Shown piece after piece: positions 29,683 to 39,100 of a stretch of DNA of 59,168 nucleotides (within the stretch, counting starts at the first letter, position 1; every line of letters begins with the position of its first letter). The stretch is from Gallionellaceae bacterium UBA6222 (lineage in GTDB: Bacteria; Pseudomonadota; Gammaproteobacteria; Burkholderiales; Gallionellaceae), in the NCBI GenBank assembly GCA_002421915.1, contig DISA01000042.1:34910-94077 (forward strand). The letters are read 5' to 3'. Below the pieces are notes generated by a model. It ran no database searches and was not told the DNA's origin. It saw nothing but the letters and a program-made list of their open reading frames with translations. The translations under genes and the position numbers were made by a program.

Positions 29683-31470
29683 ATGCCTGCCATCCATCTC
29701 CTGCCCGATCTGCTCATCAACCAAATTGCCGCCGGCGAAGTGATCGAGCGCCCGGCTTCGGCCCTGAAGGAATTGCTGGAAAACAGTCTGGACGCAGGGG
29801 CGACGGAGATCGCGGTGCAACTGGAAGGTGGTGGCATCAAACGCCTTCTGGTGCGCGACAACGGCGGCGGCATCGCGGCGGAACAACTGCCACTGGCACT
29901 GATGCGCCACGCCACCAGCAAGATCGCCTCGCTCGAAGACTTGCAGCGCGTCGCCAGCATGGGTTTTCGCGGTGAGGCACTGGCCAGCATGGCGGCGGTG
30001 GCGCAGGTCACACTCACCAGCCGCCCGGGGGATGCCGCACACGCATGGAAAGTGGAAGCGATGGACGGCAAGCAGGGCGCCGCGGCTCCCGCCTCCCATG
30101 CACAGGGGACCAGTGTCGAATTGCGCGAGCTGTATTTCAACACCCCGGCGCGGCGCAAATTCCTGAAGACTGAAAACACAGAATACGCATGGTGCGCAGA
30201 GGTGTTCAAGCGCATCGCGCTGGCGCGGCCGGATGTCGCATTCAGCTTGCAGCACAACGAGAAAACCATCTGGCAACTGCCGAAGCACGAACTGCCGCAG
30301 CGCATCAACGCCATCCTCGGTGCCGAATTCGGCCAGCACGCCATCGCCGTCGAACGCCAGATCGGCGCACTGCATCTGCACGGCATCGCCGCCCTGCCCG
30401 CCTATTCGTGCTCGACGCGTGACGAACAATATTTCTTCGTCAACGGCCGCTTCGTGCGCGACAAGGTGCTGATGCACGCCGTGCGCCAGGCGTATCAGGA
30501 CATCCTGCACCACCAGCGCCATCCCGCTTTTGTGCTGTTCCTCGAACTGCCGCCGGAACAGGTGGATGTGAACGTGCATCCCGCCAAGAGCGAGGTGCGC
30601 TTCCGCGAAAGCCAGGGCATCCACCAGTTCGTGTTCCATGCCTTGCAGGATGCATTGAGTGCAACGATGGCAGACAAAACGCCCTCACCCCAACCCTCTC
30701 CCTTCGGGCGGGGGAGTGAGCCCGCATCCAGTTTCCCAATTCAGCAACAACGCATCCCTTTCGGCGCGGCGCAACAACAAGCGACCTATCGCTTGTGGGA
30801 AACGCAAACCGATGCAGGCCGGACTTTAGTCCGACCTGTCGGACTGAAGTCCGACCCACATACCCCCTTTACCCTCCCCGCATCCGAGCATCCGCTCGGC
30901 TTCGCCCTCGGCCAGCTCTCCGGCATCTACATCCTCGCGCAAAACCAGCATGGCTTGATCGTGGTCGACATGCACGCCGCACATGAACGCATCGTGTATG
31001 AAAAACTGAAGGCTGCCTTCGACGCACAACAGATGCCAACCCAGCCGCTGCTGATCCCGGTCACCTTTGCCGCCGAAGCACTGGATATCGCCACCGCCGA
31101 AGAAGAACAGGAAGCGCTTAAACAGCTAGGCTTCGACATCGCCCCCCTCTCCACCAACACGCTGGCCGTGCGCGCCATGCCCGCCATGCTCAAGCAATCG
31201 CACGCCGAAGCCGCCGCGTGCGAAGTGCTGCACGAACTGCGCGACTTCGGTGCTTCGCGTACCCTCACCGAACGCCGCAACGAACTGCTCGCCACCCTCG
31301 CCTGCCATTCCGCCGTGCGCGCCAACCAGCAACTCAGCCTCCCCGAGATGAACGCCATCCTGCGCGAGATGGAAAGCACCTCCCGCGCCGACCAATGCAA
31401 CCACGGCAGACCGACCTGGTTCCAGGTCACCATCGCGGAACTGGATGCGATGTTCATGCGCGGGAAGTGA
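29683..31470 (+). CDS. mutL: DNA mismatch repair endonuclease MutL
   Basis: NQIAAGEVIERP, GFRGEALAS, DMHAAHERIVYE, CNHGRP. Confidence 0.97.
   Translation: MPAIHLLPDLLINQIAAGEVIERPASALKELLENSLDAGATEIAVQLEGGGIKRLLVRDNGGGIAAEQLPLALMRHATSKIASLEDLQRVASMGFRGEALASMAAVAQVTLTSRPGDAAHAWKVEAMDGKQGAAAPASHAQGTSVELRELYFNTPARRKFLKTENTEYAWCAEVFKRIALARPDVAFSLQHNEKTIWQLPKHELPQRINAILGAEFGQHAIAVERQIGALHLHGIAALPAYSCSTRDEQYFFVNGRFVRDKVLMHAVRQAYQDILHHQRHPAFVLFLELPPEQVDVNVHPAKSEVRFRESQGIHQFVFHALQDALSATMADKTPSPQPSPFGRGSEPASSFPIQQQRIPFGAAQQQATYRLWETQTDAGRTLVRPVGLKSDPHTPFTLPASEHPLGFALGQLSGIYILAQNQHGLIVVDMHAAHERIVYEKLKAAFDAQQMPTQPLLIPVTFAAEALDIATAEEEQEALKQLGFDIAPLSTNTLAVRAMPAMLKQSHAEAAACEVLHELRDFGASRTLTERRNELLATLACHSAVRANQQLSLPEMNAILREMESTSRADQCNHGRPTWFQVTIAELDAMFMRGK
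30682..30718. repeat. CCCTCTCCC-type palindromic repeat in-frame in the mutL linker (PSPQPSP)
   Basis: CCCTCACCCCAACCCTCTCCC...GGG; related to 34080-34117 and 41055-41115. Confidence 0.65.
30813..30860. repeat. REP-like doublet in-frame in the mutL linker
   Basis: Contains the same 24-mer as the mnmC insert (30837-30860). Confidence 0.85.
31346..31470 (+). repeat. mutL 3' end, copy 1 of a 125-bp direct repeat
   Basis: About 10 mismatches versus 32141-32265 by manual count. Confidence 0.92.
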
Positions 31471-31482
31471 TTCCACATACAC

Positions 31483-31508
31483 TTGACATGTGTAGCCCAT
31501 AGGATACA
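31483..31508 (+). promoter_or_regulatory. TA promoter/operator
   Basis: TTGACA followed by imperfect palindrome TGTAGCCCATAGGATACA. Confidence 0.6.
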
Positions 31509-31516
31509 CTTCGCCC

Positions 31517-31804
31517 ATGTGCGTGCTAACCACCGAGGTCTATCGAGACTGGATAAATACTCTCAAGGATCGTACCGGTCGCGCCCGCATCCAGATGCGG
31601 GTGGATCGTCTGGTTCACGGCAATCCCGGACAGCATCGCAAGCTGACGAATGGCGTTTCCGAGTTGAAGATTGATTTCGGGCCGGGTTACCGCGTTTATT
31701 ACACCGAGCGGCATGGCGAGATCATCATCCTGCTGGCAGGTGGCGACAAGTCCAGCCAGCAGCAAGACATCAAGACCGCCATCACGCTTGCCGGGAATCT
31801 TTGA
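31517..31804 (+). CDS. RelE/HigB-like addiction module toxin
   Basis: GNPG...GVSELKIDFGPGYRVYY...LLAGGDKSSQQQDI. Confidence 0.9.
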   Translation: MCVLTTEVYRDWINTLKDRTGRARIQMRVDRLVHGNPGQHRKLTNGVSELKIDFGPGYRVYYTERHGEIIILLAGGDKSSQQQDIKTAITLAGNL

Positions 31805-31816
31805 GAGGAGTGCAAC

Positions 31817-32128
31817 ATGCCCAAGACCAAAGCCACTGCAAAAGCCAAAACTCTGCCCTACGATGTGGCGGAACAACTGCGCACACCGGAGGAAATGGCT
31901 GCCTACCTTGACGCATGGCTGATCGAAGCCCCAGAGGATGCCGCCGGCATCGCCCGCGCGCTCGGTGACATCGCCCGCGCCAAAGGCATGTCACAGGTCG
32001 CCCGCGATGCGGGACTCAGCCGCGAAAGCCTCTACAAGGCGCTCAGCGAAAACGGCAACCCTAGCTTGGCCACCGTCCTTAAAGTCGCCCGCGCACTGGG
32101 TCTTCAGCTTCACGCACAAACAGTCTGA
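31817..32128 (+). CDS. Addiction module antidote (HTH)
   Basis: [35 protein letters not shown]. Confidence 0.9.
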   Translation: MPKTKATAKAKTLPYDVAEQLRTPEEMAAYLDAWLIEAPEDAAGIARALGDIARAKGMSQVARDAGLSRESLYKALSENGNPSLATVLKVARALGLQLHAQTV

Positions 32129-32140
32129 ACAACGCCATCA

Positions 32141-32265
32141 AGATGAACGCCATCCTGTGCCAGATGGAAAGCACCTCCCGCGCCGACCAATGCAACCACG
32201 ACCGCCCGACCTGGTTCCAGATCACCATTGCGGAGCTGGATGCGATGTTCATGCGCGGGAAATAA
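32141..32265 (+). pseudogene. Displaced copy of the mutL 3' end
   Basis: Reads [40 protein letters not shown]. Confidence 0.9.
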
Positions 32266-32269
32266 CAAC

Positions 32270-33532
32270 ATGATCTCGACGACCCGCATCGCCTTCGCCA
32301 GTTTCATCGGCACCGCCATCGAGTTCTACGATTTCTACATCTACGGCCTCGCCGTGGCGATGGTGATCGGGCCGGTGTTCTTTCCCGACAGCGATCCGGC
32401 GGTGCAGGCGCTGAATGCCTTCCTCACTTTCGGCATCGCCTTTGTCGCGCGCCCGTTCGGCGCGCTGCTGTTCGGCCATTTCGGCGACCGCATCGGACGC
32501 AAGGCGACACTGGTCGCGTCTCTGCTGGTGATGGGGATTTCCACCACGCTGATCGGCGTGTTGCCGAGTTACGAGATGGTCGGCTGGGTCGCGCCTGTGC
32601 TGCTCTGCCTGCTGCGCTTCGGTCAGGGCATCGGCCTTGGCGGCGAATGGGGCGGCGCGGCATTGCTGGCGGCGGAATACGCGCCTGAAGGCCGGCGCGG
32701 CTGGTTCGGCATGTTCCCGCAACTGGGGCCCCCGGTCGGTTTCCTGTGCGCGGTCGGCAGTTTTCTGCTGCTGGCGAACACGCTCGATGATGCGGCGTTC
32801 CGCGACTGGGGCTGGCGCATCCCCTTCCTGGCCAGCGCGGTGCTGGTCATGCTCGGTCTGTATGTGCGGCTCAAACTCGCCGAAACGCCGGTGTTCACCA
32901 AAGCCTTGCAATCCACGCCACCGGCAAAATTGCCGCTGGCAGCTTTGCTGGCAGGCCATGTCCGCCCATTGTTGCTCGGTGCACTGCTGATGGTGGTGTG
33001 CTACGCGTTGTTCTACATCACCACGGTGTTCTCGCTGAGCTACGGTGTCGCCACCCTCGGCATCCCGCGCGCGCAGTTCCTGCTCATGCTGTGCATCGCC
33101 GTGCTGTTCATGGCTGCCGCCACGCCGCTCGCGGCAATGGCGGGCGACCGCTATGGCCGCCGTCCGGTGCTGCTCGTCGCCGGCAGTGCCGCGCTATTGT
33201 CCGGCTTCCTGATGGAACCGATGCTGGGCAGCGGCTCACCTGTACTCATCACTGCCTTTTTGAGCATCGAACTGTTCCTGATGGGCGCGACCTTCGCCCC
33301 GATGGGTGCGCTGCTGCCGGAACTGTTTCCGACCCGCGTGCGCTACACCGGCGCCGGCACCGCATATAACCTCGGCGGCATCCTCGGCGCTTCGCTGGCG
33401 CCCTACATCGCGCAAAAACTGGTGTCGCACGGCGGCCTCGGCTGGGTCGGCGGCTACATCTCGGTCGCGGCGGCAATCAGCCTGCTCGCCGCATGGCTCG
33501 TGCACGAGACACGCGACAGGGAGTTGGCATGA
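32270..33532 (+). CDS. MFS transporter, metabolite:H+ symporter family
   Basis: [34 protein letters not shown]. Confidence 0.92.
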   Translation: MISTTRIAFASFIGTAIEFYDFYIYGLAVAMVIGPVFFPDSDPAVQALNAFLTFGIAFVARPFGALLFGHFGDRIGRKATLVASLLVMGISTTLIGVLPSYEMVGWVAPVLLCLLRFGQGIGLGGEWGGAALLAAEYAPEGRRGWFGMFPQLGPPVGFLCAVGSFLLLANTLDDAAFRDWGWRIPFLASAVLVMLGLYVRLKLAETPVFTKALQSTPPAKLPLAALLAGHVRPLLLGALLMVVCYALFYITTVFSLSYGVATLGIPRAQFLLMLCIAVLFMAAATPLAAMAGDRYGRRPVLLVAGSAALLSGFLMEPMLGSGSPVLITAFLSIELFLMGATFAPMGALLPELFPTRVRYTGAGTAYNLGGILGASLAPYIAQKLVSHGGLGWVGGYISVAAAISLLAAWLVHETRDRELA

Positions 33533-34545
33533 GTCCGGCCCCAGCCATCTTTCTCATGGGACCCACCGCCAGTGGCAAGACAGGCGTGGCTGTCGAGCTG
33601 GCGCAACGCCTTCCCGTCGAACTGATCAGTGTCGATTCGGCGCTGGTGTTTCGTGACATGAACATCGGCACGGCCAAACCGGATGCCGCCACCCTCGCCC
33701 GCGCGCCGCACCATCTCATCGACATCATCGACCCGACCGAAGCGTATTCCGCTGCCGCCTTTCGCGCCGATGCACTGCGCCTGATGGCGGAGATCACGGC
33801 GCGCGGCAGGATTCCGCTATTGGTGGGTGGCACCATGCTGTATTTCAAGGCACTGCGCGAAGGCTTGAGCCCGCTGCCGCAAGCCGATGCCGCCCTGCGC
33901 GCCCGGCTGGATGCCGAGATCGCGCAGCACGGCATCCAGCATCTACACCGCAAGCTTGCCGAGGTTGATGCAGTGACCGCCGCACGCCTGCATGCCACCG
34001 ACACACAGCGTATCCAGCGTGCGCTGGAAATCTACATAGTCTCCGGCAAGCCAATGTCGGAATTGCTCAAAAAACAGAACCCTCTCCCGCCTGCGGGAGA
34101 GGGGACGGGGGAGAGGGTTGCCGATGACCTGCCATACAAGATTCTTTCCATCGCACTCATCCCCTCCGACCGCGCCGTGCTGCACCAGCGCATCGCCTCG
34201 CGCTTTGCAGAAATGCTGCAGCAAGGATTGGTGGATGAATTGCGCGCGTTGCGTGAAAAGTACCCTTTGCAGCGCAACATGACCTCGATGCGCTGCGTCG
34301 GTTACCGGCAGGCGTGGGAATATATGGAAGGTGAGATCAGCGCAACTGAACTGCTGGAAAAAGGCATCGCCGCCACAAGGCAACTGGCGAAACGCCAGCT
34401 CACTTGGTTGCGCGGTATGCCGGACAACATCGAGCTGGATTGCCTGTCGAACGACCTGCAGGAACGGATCTTGAGGCTGGCGTCGGACCAAATCCGACCT
34501 GCAAGCCCCACCGGTGCCCGTGAGCCGAATTTCAATATGTCATGA
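33529..34545 (+). CDS. miaA: tRNA dimethylallyltransferase
   Basis: [36 protein letters not shown]. Confidence 0.96.
   Translation: MSPAPAIFLMGPTASGKTGVAVELAQRLPVELISVDSALVFRDMNIGTAKPDAATLARAPHHLIDIIDPTEAYSAAAFRADALRLMAEITARGRIPLLVGGTMLYFKALREGLSPLPQADAALRARLDAEIAQHGIQHLHRKLAEVDAVTAARLHATDTQRIQRALEIYIVSGKPMSELLKKQNPLPPAGEGTGERVADDLPYKILSIALIPSDRAVLHQRIASRFAEMLQQGLVDELRALREKYPLQRNMTSMRCVGYRQAWEYMEGEISATELLEKGIAATRQLAKRQLTWLRGMPDNIELDCLSNDLQERILRLASDQIRPASPTGAREPNFNMS
34080..34117. repeat. CCCTCTCCC-type palindromic repeat in-frame in miaA
   Basis: CCCTCTCCCGCCTGCGGGAGAGGGGACGGGGGAGAGGG ([12 protein letters not shown]). Confidence 0.8.
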
Positions 34546-34621
34546 TCTTGAAAAAAAATAACGCCACCTTCTGCCGAATTCTTCCAGGGTTGCATAGCCG
34601 CGTTTGAGCGTCTGTCTCGTC

Positions 34622-34954
34622 CTATGCTGCAGCAGCATTTTCCGGTTCAACAGAGAGTTTCATGCCAACGGCTTTCAGCACGGCAAGCAGCGTTTTCAGT
34701 GTCGGATTCCCTTTGGCAGAGAGTGTCCGGTACAGCGATTCACGGCTGATCCCGGCTTCGGCGGCCACCGCCCCAAGTCCGCCATACGCTTCTGCCACCG
34801 TGCGCAGTGCAAGCAGACCGGCGGCGCGGTCATCCGGGTTGTCGAGTGATTCCATGGCGGCTTTCAGGTATTCAACAGCCAACTCGCGATCTGCGCGTAG
34901 CTCGGCCACTTCGCGATCATAGTGAGACACCGCAGCTTTCAGTTTCTTGCTCAT
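34622..34954 (-). CDS. Addiction module antidote (HTH)
   Basis: LLALRTVAEAYGG...AGISRESLYRTLSAKGNP. Confidence 0.88.
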   Translation of the reverse strand: MSKKLKAAVSHYDREVAELRADRELAVEYLKAAMESLDNPDDRAAGLLALRTVAEAYGGLGAVAAEAGISRESLYRTLSAKGNPTLKTLLAVLKAVGMKLSVEPENAAAA

Positions 34955-35274
34955 ACCTGCCTCCTTTTCCAATCTTCCCAATACTTCCTGGCGATCTTGA
35001 TATCTGCCGGTTGCGATTTCTTGGAGCCTCCGCACAGCAGAATCACGGCCGTCTATCCATGGCGTCCAAAGTACACCCGATAACCCGCACCAAGGTGCTC
35101 TCGCAATTCCTGCACTCCCTCACCCACTGGATCACAGTCTCCAAAATTCCCCGCCTCCAGACGTTTGAGACGGACACGAATTTTGGCTTGTGCCTGTTTG
35201 TCTCGCACGGACTGCAGCCATTCGGTCAATGGCTCCTCGCCCTCTTCGGTCTGGTATCGAAAGACTTCAATCAC
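34951..35274 (-). pseudogene. RelE/HigB-like toxin with a premature TAG
   Basis: ...GAGYRVYFGRHG*TAVILLCGGSKKSQPADIKIARKYWEDWKRRQV*; frame stays intact past the stop at 35053-35055. Confidence 0.85.
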
Positions 35275-35283
35275 GGGAATAAT

Positions 35284-35299
35284 GTAGCTTATAAGCTAC
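35284..35299. promoter_or_regulatory. Operator palindrome
   Basis: Perfect palindrome GTAGCTTATAAGCTAC just upstream of the toxin. Confidence 0.7.
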
Positions 35300-35344
35300 G
35301 TAATGGCAAATCGGTGTGTAAGCGTCGGCCTGGGGGAACGCAAG

Positions 35345-36193
35345 TCAATGCGGCTGCGCCAGGTCGCACGCATTACCCTCGTCTGGTGCAACCAAGGCCA
35401 TCGCCTCGCTCGCCGGGATGCGCAACAGATCGCCGATCTCCTGGTAATCATCCGGTAGCGCCGCATCGTTCCAGCCGTTCGCCGAATGGCGTGCCAGATT
35501 GACGGCAAGGGTGGCGCAACGCACGCGCGGCCTGGCGGTATTGCCATCATCCATCAGTTCCAGCAGCAACTGCGGCAAACCCCATTCCTTGACCAGCATT
35601 TTTTGCAAATCGAGCAGATTGAAACCCAGCACTTGCTCCTGCACCGCACGACTGCGCAGCGTTTTATCCTGTTGTTGCAGCGTGTGAACCTTCAGCATGT
35701 CCTGCGGCGCATAACACCACAGCAGCATCTCGGCCAAGTCATGCAGCAAGGCGGCGATCCGCACTTCCTCGTAGTGCATGTCGTTCAGGCGGATCGCCCA
35801 GTCGCGCGCGTACTCGGAAGCGCGGTGCGCGCGGTGCAGCACGCGCAACAGCTCGACCAGCGCGTTTGTCTGCCCCCGCAAGGTCTCCTGCACATGGGGT
35901 GTGGCAGGAACCTTGTCGTAGAAAGCCTCGACACCCAGCATCAGCAGCGCCTGCTCGACCACGATCACTTCGCTGGTCTGGCTGCGGCGCTTGTGCTGTT
36001 GCAGGTAGCGCAAAAGCTTGACGGTCAGCATCGGATCAGCCGCGATCGCATCCGCCACGTTGCGCGCACTGAGCTTGTTCGTATCCTGGCGCAAGGCATC
36101 CAGCTCGCGCGCCGTTTGCCTGAGTACGGGAATATCTGTTTGCGAAAGGAAGGCGACCCATGCCGCCAATCCTTTGATGTCTGGTGCTGCCAT
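35345..36193 (-). CDS. HDOD-domain protein
   Basis: IPVL, I..DPMLT.KLLR, AALLHDL, W.LP. Confidence 0.85.
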   Translation of the reverse strand: MAAPDIKGLAAWVAFLSQTDIPVLRQTARELDALRQDTNKLSARNVADAIAADPMLTVKLLRYLQQHKRRSQTSEVIVVEQALLMLGVEAFYDKVPATPHVQETLRGQTNALVELLRVLHRAHRASEYARDWAIRLNDMHYEEVRIAALLHDLAEMLLWCYAPQDMLKVHTLQQQDKTLRSRAVQEQVLGFNLLDLQKMLVKEWGLPQLLLELMDDGNTARPRVRCATLAVNLARHSANGWNDAALPDDYQEIGDLLRIPASEAMALVAPDEGNACDLAQPH

Positions 36194-36262
36194 GATTCCT
36201 CCGTTGCAGGTGTGCAGAGGGATTTACGGCAGTTTGCGGATTTTCTTTAGCTTTAGTATGCC

Positions 36263-39100
36263 CTACTTAAACGTGTAACCCTGTTCACGGAACAGCGCCA
36301 CGCATGCATCCACCACTTGCGGATCGTAATACTTCCCACGGTTTTTGGTGATTTCATCCAGTGCCGTCTCGATGCCCAAGCCGGCACGATACGGACGGTG
36401 TGCCGAAATCGCCTCGACCACGTCGGCCACCGCAAGGATGCGCGCTTCGGGCAAAATGGTGTCGCCTTTGAGCCCTTGCGGATAGCCGGAACCATCCAGC
36501 CGCTCATGGTGTTGCAATACCATCTGCGCGATCGGCCAGGGGAAGTCGATGCCTTTCAGGATGTCATATCCTGCCTGCGGATGAATCCTGATCAGGCTGA
36601 ATTCGATATCGGTGATCTTGCCCGGTTTGCTCAGGATTTCTGCCGGGATCTGGATCTTTCCCAGATCGTGCACTATGCCGGCCAGATGAATGGCATGTAC
36701 CTGTTCATCGGGCAGCCCCATCTGCCCGGCAATCGTCATTGCCAGGTCTGCCACTCTGACCTGGTGTCCGGCGGTGTAGGGGTCGCGCATTTCGACGATG
36801 GTGGCGATTGCGCGCACGGTATCTTCCAAGCTGTCTTGCAGCTGCACCAACTGTTCCTGATTCTTGATCAGAGTGAGATCGCGTTCCTGGCGGACATGCA
36901 GGGTGTGCACCCCAAACGCCATGTCCCCGGCCATCTCTTCCAGCAGGGCGATTTCCGAAGCGTCGAAGGCACCAGGTTCCCCGGCATAGACCACAAGTAC
37001 GCCGAACACCTCACTATCGGCCAGCGGCAGCGCGATGCTGGCGGCATAGCCGCGTTTGAGCGCTTCCTCACGCCACGGCCGATAAGTCGGATCGTGGGCG
37101 AGATCACGGCACACCTGGGTCTGCCCGCTGCGGATAGCCCGTCCGCTCGGCCCCATGCCTCGTTCATTTTCGCCCCAGGATATCTGCAAGGTATCCAAGA
37201 AGCCCTCCACATGGCCGGCACTCGCCATGACCCTGACTGATTTGTTTTCATCGTGCTGCCGGTAACCCACCCACACCATGCGGTAGCCCTTGTGTTCGAC
37301 AATGGCACGGCAAATGACGTGCAGCAGTTCATTCTCGTTCGTGGCACGCACCAGACTGCGGTTCACCGTGCTCAATGCGGTGAGTGCGCGGTTGGCGTGT
37401 TGAATGGCAATTTCCACCTGCTTGTGTTCCGTAATATCCATCAGGTAGCCGATGTAACCGGTAAAGTTCCCGTCACTGTCGTGGCGCGGACAGCCGTCAT
37501 CGCGCATCCAGCGGTATTCGCCATCGTGCCGCCGCAGGCGGTAATCCATACTGAACGGTTCGCGCCGATCGAAGGATTCCGTATAGGTCGCAACGCAAGG
37601 CGCGAAGTCATCCGGATGCACCCCTTCGGTCCAGCCATTACCAAGTTCCTGTTCGAGGGTGCGGCCGGTAAAATTCAGCCAGGGCTGGTTGAAATAATTA
37701 CACAGCTTGTCGGTGCCGGAAGTCCAGATCAGCGCCGGTGCAGAATCGGCCAGTGTGCGGTAGTTCTGCTCCTTCTCGCGCAGAGCGGCTACCGCCTTGT
37801 AGCGATCAGTAACGTCCCACACCGTGGAGATCATCAGGTTTTGTTCGGGCAGCGGAATGTTGGATGCACTGATGAATCGGGTCTCGCCGCTGGCAGTGAC
37901 GAGCGGAATGTCGTCCCAGTGCATGCGCGTCGCATCACCGCTGCCGATGTCGGCCATGACCCGCGCGCGGATCTGTTCACGAAACACCGGGTCGCGATAA
38001 ACCTTCTCGAAGAAATCCTTAATCCTTTCCGGGGTGTCGGATGGTATACCGTAAATTTCGGCGAATCGCCGGCTGACATACGTCATCCTGCCGTCATCCA
38101 TCGAGTTCATGGCAAATCCGATGGGGGCATTTTCCAGCAGGGTCTCGATCAGTATGTTGTGCTCCCTGAACGCGGTTTCCGTCCGCTTGCGCTCGGTGAT
38201 GTCGCGGATGATGCCGGTGAAGAACAGGACATTGGCGACTTGCCAGTGCGCCAGCGAAAGTTCCAGCGGGAATTCGCTGCCATCCTTGCGCAATCCGGCC
38301 AGCTCAACGGCTTTGCCGATGACATGCGGCGCGCCACCGGCCGCCACCCTCGCCAGACCCTCACGATGCGGATGTTGAAAGCGCTCCGGCATCATTACCG
38401 TCAGGGGCTGGCCGATGATCTCGTTTCTGGTATGACCAAACATCCGTTCCGCCGCTGCGTTCCAGTCCACGATGATGCCGGCATCATCGGCAGTGACGAC
38501 GGCATCCTGTGCCGACTCGCTGATCTTGCGGAATTTTTCCCTGCTCTCATTCAGTGTCGCTTGGGCGCGGCGACTCTCGGTAATGTCTTCAAGGGTATGC
38601 ACTGAATAAAGGTAAGCACTCTGCTCGTCACGGACGGAAAAGGCGCGCGAGCGGTAGATTGTCTTGCCGACCACAATGTCTTCTTCTTCTTCTTCTTCTT
38701 CTTCTGCTTTTTCCATCGCGCGCAGACAGCAGGGCAGCGGCGCGCCGATTTTCGGGAAGACTTCGTAATAGGTCTGACCGATGAGTTCATTGAACGGAAT
38801 CCCGGCACATTGTTGATAGGCCCTGTTGCAACGCAGGATGCGGAATTCCCGGTCATGCAGGAAGATCGGGTCATTGATCACATCCAGTGCGGCCGTCCAC
38901 TCCTGGTGCGCCAGCTCTACTTTCCGCCGCTCGTTTTCCAAGTCTTCGAGCATGAACAATAACGCACTACGGTTGTCCTCCAGCTCTTTTGTAACCGCCA
39001 GATGTTCGACATCATGGCGTTTGCACCGTGCCTGTGCCTCGGCCACCGCCTCCTGCGTTTCCAGCAGTTGCTGTTGCAGTTTTTCCGGTGAGTCGCTCAT
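36263..39100 (-). CDS. Multi-PAS/GAF HD-GYP cyclic-di-GMP phosphodiesterase
   Basis: Four PAS repeats, a GAF domain, RDPYTAGH, HDLGK, HHERLDGSGYP, HRPYR. Confidence 0.93.
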   Translation of the reverse strand: MSDSPEKLQQQLLETQEAVAEAQARCKRHDVEHLAVTKELEDNRSALLFMLEDLENERRKVELAHQEWTAALDVINDPIFLHDREFRILRCNRAYQQCAGIPFNELIGQTYYEVFPKIGAPLPCCLRAMEKAEEEEEEEEDIVVGKTIYRSRAFSVRDEQSAYLYSVHTLEDITESRRAQATLNESREKFRKISESAQDAVVTADDAGIIVDWNAAAERMFGHTRNEIIGQPLTVMMPERFQHPHREGLARVAAGGAPHVIGKAVELAGLRKDGSEFPLELSLAHWQVANVLFFTGIIRDITERKRTETAFREHNILIETLLENAPIGFAMNSMDDGRMTYVSRRFAEIYGIPSDTPERIKDFFEKVYRDPVFREQIRARVMADIGSGDATRMHWDDIPLVTASGETRFISASNIPLPEQNLMISTVWDVTDRYKAVAALREKEQNYRTLADSAPALIWTSGTDKLCNYFNQPWLNFTGRTLEQELGNGWTEGVHPDDFAPCVATYTESFDRREPFSMDYRLRRHDGEYRWMRDDGCPRHDSDGNFTGYIGYLMDITEHKQVEIAIQHANRALTALSTVNRSLVRATNENELLHVICRAIVEHKGYRMVWVGYRQHDENKSVRVMASAGHVEGFLDTLQISWGENERGMGPSGRAIRSGQTQVCRDLAHDPTYRPWREEALKRGYAASIALPLADSEVFGVLVVYAGEPGAFDASEIALLEEMAGDMAFGVHTLHVRQERDLTLIKNQEQLVQLQDSLEDTVRAIATIVEMRDPYTAGHQVRVADLAMTIAGQMGLPDEQVHAIHLAGIVHDLGKIQIPAEILSKPGKITDIEFSLIRIHPQAGYDILKGIDFPWPIAQMVLQHHERLDGSGYPQGLKGDTILPEARILAVADVVEAISAHRPYRAGLGIETALDEITKNRGKYYDPQVVDACVALFREQGYTFK

